Part shown: positions 38,593-50,648 of the stretch, piece after piece
How positions within the stretch are numbered: position 1 is the stretch's first letter
Layout of the letters: every line of letters starts with the position of its first letter
Source of the DNA: Podarcis bocagei
Taxonomy: Eukaryota
Length of the DNA stretch: 64,000 nucleotides
Direction: 5' to 3' (one strand)
Assembly (NCBI GenBank): GCA_964188305.1
Contig: OZ076887.1
Translations under genes and position numbers: made by a program
The notes under the pieces: generated by a model
The model's input: only the letters and a program-made list of their open reading frames with translations
Told to the model about the DNA's origin: nothing
Database searches by the model: none

Positions 38593-38692
38593 CTGTGATA
38601 TCATCTGAAGAATCATCATCTTGATGCTGATTTGACTTTGTGTGTGTCTTGGTTTTGATAGGGATAGCCCTTGATGGATCTTTTACCCGCAT
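38593..38692 (-). CDS. USP45: USP45 first coding exon (exon 2; MRVKDPSRAIPIKTKTHTKSNQHQDDDSSDDIT)
   Basis: MRVKDP...DSSDDI matches the recalled human N-terminus. 100 coding nt, donor GTAAAA, acceptor TTTTCCAG 10 nt upstream of the ATG. Confidence 0.96.
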
Positions 38693-40296
38693 CTGTTATC
38701 TGCTGGAAAATAAATGAAGAAATATGTATTGCTAATATGGAAAGGTTTGGCTGCCATAAACGACTCCTAAAATTCTGCATTATGTTGACAAAGAAATGCA
38801 ATAAGCAGCCCCTCTCTCAAATAAATGGCCTGGAGAGCTCCCAGCAGCAATTATTCCCACTGCCTTAATTGGCAGTGACTCTCAACTTATGCTTAAAAAT
38901 ACTGTTGTGCAATGAAACTGGAGCTTGCCAAAAATAGTGGAAAGGGGCTACATTTTTTAAAAGGAAGTTTGACTATAACTCTGCCTACTTTTAGTATAAC
39001 TTTGCATAATGCAGACCCCAATTAGACATCCCTGGACTTTTCATTGGAGACATGAATGCCTTACAACAACCCTATTGGTACTTGCTACTATGACATTTCT
39101 CCCCCAGGAATAGTGTATTATTTATACCTTACATTTTATGCCATCCTGCTTCCAAGGACCACAGGGAATTCCCATCCATTTTATCCTCACAACAAACCTG
39201 AGAGGAAAACAAGCCTGAGTGACAGTAGCCCAAAGGCATTCAGTGAGCTCCATGGCCAACCAGTTATCCCCAGGCCAAGGCCAATGCTCTCCTCAGAGCT
39301 AGAACACTGGTTACTGCTGCTGTATTAAAAGCAATTTTAATAAAAGAAAACACTTAAAGCTTTTATCTGTTTTATACAGCAGTGACTGCCTGATCAATAC
39401 TTAACCTCACGATAATTACAGGATAAGGCTTGGTTTTACATGTGGTCAAAAAGCATGGATGATGACAGGTCTTGCTTCCTCCCATTTTCTATGAATGACA
39501 TGTTTACAGATGTCTTGCATTTTCACATGAGCTACACGCAGATGTGTTTCGTAACTACCTGTGGCATTTTAGATGTCCAGAGCTAGATCAACTGTCACCC
39601 AATTACAGTCAGGACCGTATTCATCATGACTAGCAACTGGACAATGTCATCAATCAGCAGATAAGACATTTCAGCACAGCGACAGCTCTGAAAGCCTTTC
39701 AAAGCATACAAGCACTTAATGCCTCCTGGAGCAGTAAAAGAACCAGAACTACAGGCTGGTAGTAGCAGAAACGCTGTTTCCATCCCCAAACGTCATTTGA
39801 AATTCTCAAAGTGTCATAACCATGATATTCCATGCCATAGGCACATCCCACCTACAACATTACTGGGGAGGGCGGGTGCCAGAAGATTACTTCTCTTTTC
39901 CATGGGGTTCTGTGGGGATCCATCACTGGCACCCTCTACTCATATGCCAGATACACAGCTAAGCTATCACAGAAGGGTCATGTAAAAACTCAAAAGCAGG
40001 GGAGACAAGACACACACAGAACAGCAGCAATCTCCCAACACCACCTTCTGAAGCCTCCCAGTAATGCATGAGTAATGGTACAGCTAACACAGCCCATTCC
40101 CACTCCTAATTCACTTAATAGGTCCAGAAGGATACCAGTCTGGATCAGAATCCCCCTCTCAGCATGGGGCATCAATCACGAAAACACAGGAAGCCTCCAT
40201 CTCAAACGATATCACGACCTATTTCAGTTCATCCATAGAGCTGGCCTGCCCTTTTCTGCTCTGTTTTTTGTAGGTATAGGAAGTTAGACTCTAAAT

Positions 40297-40432
40297 CAGG
40301 CGTAGGCAAACTCAGCCCTCCAGATGTTTTGGGACTACAACTCCCAAGATCCCTAGCTAACAGGACGAGTGGTCAGGGATGATGGGAATTGTAGTCCCAA
40401 AACATCTGGAGGGCAGTGTTTGCCTATGCCTG
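40297..40432. mobile_element. Palindromic hAT-type MITE
   Basis: TIRs CAGGCGTAGGCAAAC / GTTTGCCTATGCCTG, almost fully palindromic, TSD CTCTAAAT/CTTTAAAT. Confidence 0.9.
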
Positions 40433-41340
40433 CTTTAAATCCACAACTCCAGGGTATCTAGAGAAGCCTTTTTCAGTAGAGGCCTTGCTACTGCTTCTTT
40501 TGAAGAGGATGTAACTGAACCTTCCCTGAAGGTTCCACAACTTAGAAAATACAGACCTCACTGACTCCAATCATCACTAACTTTGATGCATATGGATTGA
40601 ACAGGCAGCACACTGGCATGGACTGAATCCAGCACCCTGTCCACATTCTTAGGTCTCAAAAATCTAAATTAATCCAAAGAACTCCCAAGTTTCTGAATGC
40701 CTCAAATTATGGAAGACTACTGTAGCTCAGACTTTAATCCATATGTGACTGGCCCATATGGTGAGCCACAAACTACCAGCTACAATATCTGCCGAAGCAG
40801 CCAAGGCCCTGAACTGACCCTGCTCACCCATGGATCTTCCTGGACAGGAATAAGAATAAGAAGGCTTCTTGTTCCAGTTAAGACTAAGCAACACAGTCTT
40901 TCTGAGATTTAGAATGCTCCTGTATCCTTTGGTTGTCAACGCCAGACTGCTGGCTTCTCTACTTCAAATCCTTGGTGCAACTCCAGGCTCACCACTACCT
41001 ACAGCTCATCCGTGATAGCTGTAGATGTTGAACCTGAGTCCAAGTAATTTTATCCACAAAACTCTAAGGAAACCAGAGTTTGTTGAATTTACCATAGTAA
41101 GCAACTGAGATTTCCAATTTCTCAGCAAGAAAAGTGGCAGACTGCAACAGGCCCTTAACCATTTGGGAAAGCTCAGCAGGACAATCCTATCTGGGCATAA
41201 TGATGGCAAAAATGAAATCTCATTACTGTCACCATGGACTAGGCTTTAAAATAGGTTCTACAGCAGAATTCAGACGTGCAGAGGCTTAAAATCCCAAAAA
41301 AGAAGCCACAGCCCTCATTTTACAGACACAAATCAGTCAT

Positions 41341-41413
41341 TAGGGGGTTGGACTCGATGGCCCTTGTGGTCTCTTCCAACTCTATGATTCTATGATTCTA
41401 TGATTCTATGATT
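41341..41413 (+). mobile_element. CR1-type 3' tail with (ATTCTATG)n
   Basis: GGGTTGGACTCGATGGCCCTTGTGGTCTCTTCCAACTCTATGATTCTATG..., the canonical CR1 3' terminus. Confidence 0.85.
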
Positions 41414-44302
41414 AGCTGATCAGAATAAATTACCAGATTTCAAACTGTGACCTGTAAAAAGCATTGGGTCAGATACTAGTTAGAGTAAGCCCATCATTGC
41501 CATGGTGGCTATGAAAACCTGAGCACATCTCTTAATTCAGCATACAAATGAAAGTCACTCAAGACAACAATACTAGGAAAACCTCAACACCTCTTCAGTG
41601 ATTTAGTTGAAGTCTGTTGGTGATAGATACATCAACAAGTACACCAACCAAAGCATATCCCACATGCCTTTCACGTGGACCATACAGGTGGTTACAAGAG
41701 ACAGGGTCTTTCTCGTAGTGACATCAAAACTTTGGATTGTCCTTCTTGGATAAATCTGTCATGAATCTCTTCCTGAATTTAGATGGATTCTGAAAAGTTA
41801 TTTTTTCTGTATTCAAGAAATTGATTTATTCCAGTCCTACTATTTGATGGTTTTAACTGCGGATTTTTAAATGAGTAAGTAGGTTTTACTGATTCTTGTT
41901 TTTATAAGCCATTCATGTCTTCCAAGGTCATTCATGTGTGTCACTACAGTTTGCTTCATCACAAATATTTTTGACAACTCTCTACAGTATTAAACTAAAT
42001 GTTGAAAAGAAGGGAAATATCTGCTTGCTGGCCATCTTTTATGATCCAATTTAGATGCTGCTTCTATGGTCAGAGAACCCAGGAACTTGGAGATAATGGG
42101 TTCTGAAGTGTGGCTCTGGTACAGCCCAAGGGGAAACATATAGTGGTTGACAAGACAGCAGGATGTCAGGCCAATGGAATGATTAGCACTCTTTCCTAGA
42201 AAACCACTAACTGCCGAGGGTGTAATATTACATCACTTTTTTCTACATAGCAGGCTGCCCCAGTTTGTTCTTCATGACACATGTCAATCTCAAACCAAGG
42301 ACAAGTTGCTCTACATTGGACACTACCAGCAAAACCCAAGACAGATGGTGTGCTGTTGCACAACTTAAGGGGGAACAAATCTACAGAATACCAGTTTTGC
42401 AATATTTCCTGGAGAAATCTGACAAAAGCTTTACAACTCAAGTACATTATCAAGAAACTTCTCAAGTCAACAACATATAGCCTACTTGTAAGCTGCAGTG
42501 CTGTTTTCATTTTGAAGCCAGAAAGAGATACTTAGGAAGCTAAATTACAGTAACTGGCACAAATATTCTGAAATATTTGGCTCAGTACTGCATAGCGGTA
42601 ACTTTGCACAAGTGTTATTCAGGTGGCTGTATTTCATAGAAGTTGCTTGGCTCATGTTACCACTTTAGTTCAGTGATAGGGCTGGAAACAATAGAGGATG
42701 TCCACCATGCTGCAAGCATGAAGGGGTGGCTACTGCTAGAAACAGGATGTTAGATTTGTTGGGCCTTAGTCTGATCCTGCAATATATTTCTTATCCAAGA
42801 ACAAAATAAAAAGTAAAAGCAAGTAAAACACACACTCATTAAAACTACGTATTTTCTCATTAAGTGACCAGCACTCAGAGAAGATGTAGGTGTTACGGAA
42901 AAGAGTGGAAGCAGTACATTTTTTTAAAGCATTTATCTCACTCAGGGTGGCTTGCAACAATTAAAAATTACCGTGTCACAATAAAAGAACCTAGGATCGA
43001 ACAAAATGCAATAGAGGCAGGTGTGACTGATAAAAACCAGTTCTTAAAATAAAGCATTATTTGCCCAGTAGGACAAAGTACATCTGAAAAAAATTCTAGG
43101 GGTTTAGGTCTGCACAGCACAGAGGTTCTACACGATTCCCACGGAAATGAATGAAAAGTCATACAACTGATGGATGAACTGAACCCTAAAACTCCAAGTT
43201 GATGCCACTGCTACAAAGTTGCCTGTGAAGGACTGCAATCTTAATATCGGTGTGGGCGGAGAGGGATGAATTAACAACCACATTCAACATTATCATGGGC
43301 TCTGCCAGCAGGGTGGAAGTGAAGACAGAGAAATGTTCTGCGCCACTCAATAGCTTTCCTGGCTCCCTGAATAAGTTATTCCACTTTGCCTAACTATTCT
43401 TTCCAAAGAGAGGGAAACAGGAAGGAGACATTTAGATACACAAAGAAGCATATCTTCATATCTCCCTGGTCATGGTCGAGGATCCTTCAGATCCTGGCAC
43501 CTACTGGCACACCACAGAAACACCCATTTTTTGCCCTTCTGACATCAGATATTGAACCAGAGTGCCAGAAGCACCGACACAATCAGAGCTACAATACCAA
43601 ATCTCCCTCTTTGAAGCTGGAAAATTAGATGTAACCCGTCCTGGGAGATACCCTCCGAGGGACCATATGATTGAAGTCTAGGTGGAGCAAAGTACATCTT
43701 TGTGTCTCTCGATACAAGGCAGCTTAAGATACCCCACCCCCAAAAACAAAAAAGACTGTGCTCATCAAATAAACTGGATTTCAAAACCCTTTCCAATTAC
43801 TTATTTTGATTCACAAGAAAAAGGATAAACATGCTTGATCCTGCTCCCTTTTTCCTCTAACACTGAACCACATGACGAAGGGCAAGGCACATATGACACA
43901 AGGGCTTACTGGTATAACTAGAAGTGACTAGACAGCAAGTCTGATTCTTTTTTAATTGTTTGCATTTCTGGTCATCTGTCACAATTTAGGAATAAAGTTC
44001 ACATTTATAACAATGAAGCAAAGGAAAACTTCATTGATATGCACAAACCTATCAGTCAGCTTCTGGGCACCAAACAGGTAAGCATGCAAGTGGGAAAAAG
44101 TACAAAGGCACTCCAATTAGCTTTTACTGAGCCAGTTTCTATAATATATATGTAATAATTAGCTATTCCTATCCAGCAGAAGTCTATGATATAGAATACT
44201 ATATTCAACAATGAACCAACCCTTAGAAGCACGTTATGGGCAGGCTTCAGCTAACCAGCCCTGTAAGCAGAAGCCCTGAAGAACTTCCACAACGCTCCAG
44301 AG

Positions 44303-44432
44303 CTGGTGGGGAACCTGTGGGCCTCCAGATATTGCTGGACTACAATTCCCATTATTTCCTATCATTGGCCATGCTTGCTGGGGCTGATGGAAGTTAGAAC
44401 AGCATCTAGATAGTCACAGATTTCCCAACCTG
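44303..44432. mobile_element. Palindromic hAT-type MITE, degenerate
   Basis: Same family as 40297; partial TSD CTCCAGAG/TCCTAGAG. Confidence 0.65.
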
Positions 44433-45353
44433 TCCTAGAGTTCTTAATGATTTTTTCTTAAAACATGAACTCCAAGAACTGGGTCTCCTGCAGGTGAAAA
44501 CAGTGTTCAAAACTCCCATTGTTCTAGGTGCATTTTGCGACAGGGAATTTCATCAGCGCAAGCAGTTTCTGAGCTCTGAGCTCTGAGCTCAGTACTGCGC
44601 CTAAAATTTCCAATTAAAACTGTAGAGTGGAATGAAAGGAGGACTTTTTCTGCCTCCCCACTTCCAGCTACTATCTGAGGACTGGAGAAGAGACCCTCTT
44701 AAGAATATTAGGGGGTGGGCGGGCAGGGGAAGGACTAGACCTTGTGAAAAATGAACATAATATTTTAAGTGCAGTTCATTAATTTTCAGTTTTGCATTCT
44801 TGTTTTTAAAAAGCATGCCTAGACATTCTGTTGTTGTGCCCATAACCTAGGTTTAAGGTGCCATTTACGTAGCTCCTAGCCTTCATATCTCAGTTTCTAA
44901 CACGGGGTGGAAAGGGGTAGTCAAATATTCACAAAATATTGTTCTGTGCTATTTGCACTGGCAGTTTGAGGTTGGTTTGTTCACACTTCCTCTTGAGCAT
45001 TTATTAGAGCTCTGTGTGACTTGGCAACTTGCATAAGTGTGTACCAACAGAAGGCAGCCTCAAGCAAGGCAGCTCAGCTTACCTATTTTGTTTCTCCTCC
45101 TTTGGGACTAATATAGCAACAACTCCCCGGACCCAAACTGCCCTTACTACTTGACTCACAATTTCCTGCGGACATATACAGGACACATTTTTTCCCCCAC
45201 CTTAGGTGCTCTTTATGCTTTTGCAGTACCCATTCACCATGACCAGCAAAACAACTATCTCCTTGCATGATCTGAACATGTTTTCTTGGAAGCAAATCCT
45301 GAGGTGTTCAGTAAGGAATGCTGTACACTACAGAGGGTATGTATTCCCTAGAT

Positions 45354-45481
45354 CAGGGCTGGGGAAACAATTGGCCCTTCAGATATCACTGGAGTACAAC
45401 ACTCACCCTCCCTATGCTGATTAGGGCTGATGGGAATTGTAGTCCAGCAACACCTGGAAAGCCCAAAGTTCCCAAGATTTG
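45354..45481. mobile_element. Palindromic hAT-type MITE, degenerate
   Basis: CAGGGCTGGGGAAAC left end and the family motif GGGAATTGTAGTCCAGCAACACCTGGA. Confidence 0.6.
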
Positions 45482-45488
45482 TACTAGT

Positions 45489-45600
45489 TCATAGAATTGC
45501 AGCGTTGGAAGGGATCCCAAAGGCCGTCTAGTCCAACCCCCTGCAATGCAGAAATATGCAGTTGGCCTGTATGAGGACTGAACCTGCAACCTTGGCACCA
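45489..45600 (-). mobile_element. tRNA-SINE fragment with CR1-type tail
   Basis: ATAGAATTGCAGCGTTGGAAGGGA...CTAGTCCAACCCCCTGCAATGCAG followed by a B-box remnant. Confidence 0.6.
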
Positions 45601-45601
45601 C

Positions 45602-46152
45602 AGAATCTTGGAAGGGACCCAAGTCATCTAGTCCAATCCTCTGCAATGCTTAAGTATCTATGACAGATGATCATCCAACCTCTGTTTGAAAACCTCGAAA
45701 GAAGGATAGTCCACCACCGCTTGTGGGGGTCTGTTCCACTCCTGAAAAGCTTACTATCACAAGGTTTTTTCCAAATGTTAAGCCGGAATCTCCTTTCTTC
45801 CAACTTGAAGCCACTGGTTTGATTCCTACTCTCCAGAGCACGAGAAAACAAGCATGCTCCCTCCTCCATGTGACAGTCCTTAGGATATGGCTATCCTATC
45901 TCTTCTCAGTCTCCTCTTTTCCAGGCTAAACATACCCAGCTCCTTCAAGCGCTCCTCATAAGGCTTAGTTTCCAGGCCCTTGATCATCCTGGTCAACATT
46001 CTTCAATTATGGTGCCCAGAATAGGACACAGTATTCTGACTACAGCAGAATAGAGTGGTACTATCACTTCCCTTGATCTGGGCACTGTACTTCTGCTGAT
46101 GCAGCCTAGAACAGCATGAGCTGTTTTGCTGCCGCCTCACACTGTTGACTCT
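45602..46152 (-). mobile_element. CR1 LINE 3' fragment (ORF2 C-terminus plus 3' UTR)
   Basis: Translates to EEGACLFSRALESRNQTSGFKLEERRFRLNIWKK, typical of the CR1 ORF2 end; CR1 tail at ~45605. Confidence 0.85.
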
Positions 46153-46229
46153 AGCCAACTAGGCCAACAATAAGTTAGTGGGCACATTCATTTGGGCAGC
46201 AAACACCTTGGAGCCCAGGGGCGAGGCTT

Positions 46230-47050
46230 TAAAGGCCTGGGCCCTTTAAAGGCTCGGGGAGAGCTAAGCGTTCACCACCCGGGACCCGGCCTACCAGTTC
46301 GGCCGCCAGGGCGAGCCGGGCTCAAGGAGGTGCAAGGTGGCGTCACAGTTCAACCCCCAAAAGTGTCCCCAGTCAGCGCAGGCCGCCTGCCTAGGCCACG
46401 ACTGAGGAAGGCCGGGGCAAGGGCGCCTCAGCCACCGCCTGCAAGACCTCGGGCCCTCGGGAAGCACCGCGGAGCCCTTAGCGGGGGTCCCCAGGCACTG
46501 CAAAGCGGACGAGGAAGGGCCCACATGCCGCGCAGCCCCTTCCCCGCCCAGCACCTCGCGCCCCCACCGCTTCGGTTTCCACGGCCCCCACCCAAGCGAG
46601 AGGCCTCCCCTTAGCTCGCCTCCCCCAGCCCGCCGCACTCACCGCGCTGGGCGACGGGCTTCGCCCTCGCAGGCTGCAGGCTGGAGCGGCGGCAACAGAA
46701 GCCAAGGAGGAGGAGGAGGAGGAGCAGGAAGCGGCAAAGGAAGCCGAGCTTCGGCGAGGGCCGCTTCGCTCGCTCGCCTGGGCTGCCCGTCCCGCCCCGA
46801 GAGCGGCTAAGCGAGAGCCGGGGCGGTTGAATGGGGCGGGATTGTGTGTTGGGGGGGTCCGCTCTGCTTTGTAAACACCAGCCGGAGCTGCCGCATCGCC
46901 GATAGGGAGCCGCCTGTATTTACATCGATGTCAACCCCCGTTGAAATTGCTGGTGCCCACGTGTTTGGAGAGGCCTCGCTCGCTCCTGACTCCCTTGAAA
47001 ACGGGTGCGGCTGTTTGCACCGGGAACGCAAGCCATCATCGCGCTAAATG
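46230..47050. promoter_or_regulatory. USP45: CpG island / USP45 promoter
   Basis: High GC and CpG density in an AT-rich locus, GC boxes near 46791 and 46833, upstream of the first coding exon. Confidence 0.85.
46643..46760 (-). other. USP45: USP45 non-coding exon 1 (5' end approximate)
   Basis: Consensus donor G|GTGAGT after 46643 inside the CpG island; the TSS cannot be fixed from sequence. Confidence 0.7.
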
Positions 47051-49299
47051 TGCACAGCGGCTTTTATTCTCCTCCATCGTTAAAGGAGCAAGGCGTCACG
47101 TCCTAGGCTACGAATTGTGCAGGATTCCGGATTGCCCCAGCCCTTGCCCTTTATGGATCTGGAGATGGGTATAGGAGGGCTGATCCACCGGATCGGTGCT
47201 TTGTCTCTTGCCTGACAACAGTAGATGTCTAAGATCTGAGGCAGAGTGGGGCCTTTCTAATGATCCTATTAACTGGAAGTGCCGGGGATTGAACCTGGTG
47301 CCCTGAATATTTTAACTGAATATAAAACTAAGCCCTTGTTCTGCATGTTTTACTTCTGAACAAACGATTCGGCTCAAACCACTAGGTTCCATTTAAGCCA
47401 GGACGTATTTAGCATTGTTCAGGGTTTGAGCATGTGTAATTGTACTTCTGGGCATATGCAGAGTGCATTTTCTTGATAGACTATGAATCTAGAGTCACAC
47501 ATATACTTGGGTGTTTCCAATAAAACTACTGCATGTTGTACCCTGCAGAGAGTTCTGGGAAGTGTCCATTGAACTCACTAAATGGCAAGGCTGCTTGTTA
47601 GAACAGGCCACACCCAGTACTTTCAGGTGGCTGCATAGGACCCAAAGTTGAGACTTGAGATTTCTGTCTCAAAGTCCTGTTCTAAGGGCACCTCTGCCCT
47701 AAAGCTCCATCAGAACAGATGCCACAACTCTATAATACCTTGTTATTTTTAATGTTTTGTCTGGTACAGCACCATACCACTGACTCTACCTCTTTCTTTC
47801 CTGCCATCTTTCTTTGTATGCCACATAAATAGGCAAATTTACTAAATAGCACAAATTAGATCCATCTTTAGGTTTAGGAAAGATTAGCACAGTGGGAGTG
47901 GATCAATCAGAATATTGCGTATATGCCGTGTATACTGCAACACTTGACTTACTTTTTAATTACGCTATCATAAATATACTCTTCTATCTGTAGAAAAAGG
48001 AATGCCATATGGATAGGCTGACAGCCAGCAACCAGAGAACCAGTTTATATGACAGCTTAAATTAATCACCCTTTTATAGAGATGTTTTATCCTCGTTTAA
48101 TTAAAAACCAAGGGGAAATCCTGTTAGACATTTCTTCAAATTCCACCTTTGCTAATGAAAATGTGTTTGATCAAAATTCTTTTAAGAACTGTGTCAAAGA
48201 CTATCAGAAAGAAGCAGTATTTTTCCAAATCTCAGTGCCATTGGTTCTAATCCCACCCCCAAAATTATGCACCCTGTTGTAAAAGCATAAATGCATGGAG
48301 ATGTCCTCCTTCATTGCTTCACTGACATGAATGGGGAAATTTGCACACATGGCATATACATGCTGCACATGCAAGACAGTTGTCTAATAAATATGTCCCA
48401 GTGATTTCTGTGGATCACAGTAGCCCATTCCACAGCAACCTCTAGTCTGGAAGCCTCAAATAAATAAGGCTTGTGGTGGAACAGTTTGCAGGTAATTGCT
48501 TATCATTATAATTGTAAAGCCACTCAGTTTAGCACTGTACTGAGGTAATGCTGTGTGATCATTTGTTTCTGGGACTACTCTGGAGCATGAGGCTCTTAAT
48601 TCTTAATGTTTGCTTTAACCTCTAAATATGTTACCTTCTGTTTCTTCAGCTAGAGATCAGATAACTGTATATGAAGTGCCATACTGTAGCTAGCTATCGT
48701 ATGACATGACTGGTTTGTACCAGTGATAGGTCTTGCATGTGGAAATGCAAAGCCACCATATGCCACAAGGCTGGCTGCTAAAGGCCTTTCAAAATATTGT
48801 GAAGTATATATTTTAAACAATACACATTTCATTACAGATGTACACAGAAAGACACTTTGGAAAATTGCACCCATGACTGTTTTATAGAAAACTTGCTAGC
48901 AAAAAAAAAAGGTTTCATATGAATGAATAAGCCTCATCTAGGTTTTAAAAGTATTTGTTTGCATAAAGCAATATAATTTGAAGCATTTCTGTGTAAGGAA
49001 TGTTGTCATAAATAATGCTACCGGGTGAATCACCAGTCTGTAGTCTCAGCTGGTAGCACAAGGCTTGCCATGTGGAAGGCTCAAGTATAGGAGTGATCTT
49101 TGCTCCCCAAGACTAGCCCAAGGGTGAATATAGAGTTCTACACTTGTTAGTATATTTTTTAAAAACATAGTAATACTTGAAATCTTGTACCATCAAATTA
49201 AGGTGGGGGGGGGGAGTAGAATGCTTTCCCCAGCAATCTTTCAACATTCCACTTCACTGATTGTGGAATTATGAAAGAAGCTTTGCTCTATCCACTTTT

Positions 49300-49485
49300 A
49301 TCAACATCATACATATTTTTATACACTTCTAGCGTGTCCCCGCTTACTCCTAAACTTTTTCCTAAACTACAAAGCCCCAAATATTATATCATTTCCTCAT
49401 AGGGGAATTGTTCCAGTCCCTTGATCATTTTGATTGCCCTCTTCTGCACCTTTTCCAGCCCTACAATATCCTTTTGAGGTGAAAC
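49300..49485 (-). mobile_element. CR1 LINE ORF2 fragment
   Basis: Translates to KDIVGLEKVQKRAIKMIKGLEQFPYEE (CR1 'LExVQxRATKMI' motif). Confidence 0.8.
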
Positions 49486-49579
49486 GAGGGCATAAACAAA
49501 AGAACTTCTTAATTGTGCAGAAAAGGGGAAACTGAGGGCACCCAGAGAAAAGGAAGTGGTGTTAACATAATACAACTCG

Positions 49580-49755
49580 TAGAATCAGAATTGTAGGGTT
49601 GGAAGCGACCCCAAGGGCTATCTAGTCCAACCCCCTGCAATGCAGGAGTCTCTGCTAAAGCATCCATGATAAATGGCCATCAAACCTCTGCTTAAAAACC
49701 TCCAAGGAAGGAGAGTCCACAACCTCCAGAGGTAGGGAAACCGTTCCACTGGGTT
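49580..49755 (-). mobile_element. CR1 LINE 3' end fragment
   Basis: CR1 tail followed by sequence homologous to 45602-45740. Confidence 0.75.
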
Positions 49756-49782
49756 GAGAAGAAAACAGAAGTGCTTATTTGG

Positions 49783-49962
49783 CATGCAATTCTAGACTCA
49801 CTTTAAACAGCATACGTTTAAAGCACACACCCCACTCCCAGGAACCTTGAGAACTGTAGTTTGTTAAGGGTGCTGGGAACTGTAGTTCTCTGAGGGGTAA
49901 AGTACAATTCCTTTGAGGGATATGTGTGTGTGTGCACTTTAAATGTCTTTTGTGTACTCGGG
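49783..49962. mobile_element. Degenerate palindromic MITE (Harbinger-like)
   Basis: TTTAAAGCAC...GCACTTTAAATG subterminal inverted motifs around GAACTGTAGTT repeats; superfamily is a guess. Confidence 0.45.
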
Positions 49963-50019
49963 AGTAAGCCCTACAGGAGGCTTCTAAGCAAATGGGCATA
50001 GGATTGAGGTAGCAGCTTC

Positions 50020-50460
50020 TGGTGCAAAGCGCCTATAAGGCACAGACGAAAAGACAGGCAAACGACGCGGCCTGCTATAGCTTGGGAAGCCCGGCAAAGA
50101 ATGGGAGGAGACATGTTAAAACGCGCAGATACCTGAGCCGCGTTGGGCAACATGTGGGGCTGCTGCAGCCGGCTGGGTCGGGCGACCTTTCTTTTGACAG
50201 CAAAGCGGACAGGGGTCAGTGCGAGAGGCGGGCGAGGGAAGTGCCTGCTGGCAGGGAGCCACGGTCGCGGCTCCATTCTGCTGCTGGAATCGGGAGCAGG
50301 CCGTGGCCCCTTCTGGAGTCCGGCCCGTAAGTGCCCCGGAGTGGGTGGGGAGAGAGGGGAGACGCCGGCGCGCGCGCTTCGGGGCGGGGCTGGGGAGAAA
50401 GCATCTCTCCTTCCCTATACCGAACCTACAGCATAGTCTGACGTTCGCTAGCATCAGTGT
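50020..50460. promoter_or_regulatory. TSTD3: CpG island / TSTD3 promoter and exon 1
   Basis: CpG-rich, TATA-like TATAAG at 50034-50039, GC box GGGGCGGGG at ~50381. Confidence 0.75.
50152..50326 (+). CDS. TSTD3: TSTD3 exon 1 (MWGCCSRLGRATFLLTAKR...FWSPA)
   Basis: AACATGT start and GTAAGT donor; phase 1 matches exon 2. Arg-rich, presequence-like peptide. Start assignment is inferred. Confidence 0.8.
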
Positions 50461-50500
50461 AAGATCAGATCCGCACTTGCATAATTCAGCAGATCTGATT

Positions 50501-50648
50501 GCTGGGATAGCTCAGTCGGGAGAGCATGAGACTCTTCGTCTCAGGGTCTAGGGTTCGAGTTCCACCTTGGGCCAAAAATCCCAGCATGGCACGGGGTTGG
50601 ACTAGATGACCCTCGCGACCCCTACCAATTCTACAAGTCTGTGATTCC
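50501..50648 (+). mobile_element. Squam2-like SINE (tRNA-Lys-CTT-derived head plus CR1-type tail)
   Basis: TAGCTCAGTCGG A box, GAGACTCTT anticodon arm, GGTTCGAGTTCC B box, then the GGGGTTGGACTAGATGACC...TTCT tail. Confidence 0.85.

Noticed and set aside
46192-47174. Pro/Arg/Gly-rich ORFs of 67-140 aa
   Set aside because: Expected stop-poor frames in a CpG island; the USP45 start codon is at 38692.
50501-50573. tRNA-Lys(CTT) gene
   Set aside because: Acceptor and T stems are mispaired, there is no oligo-T terminator, and it continues into a CR1-type tail, so it is a SINE head.
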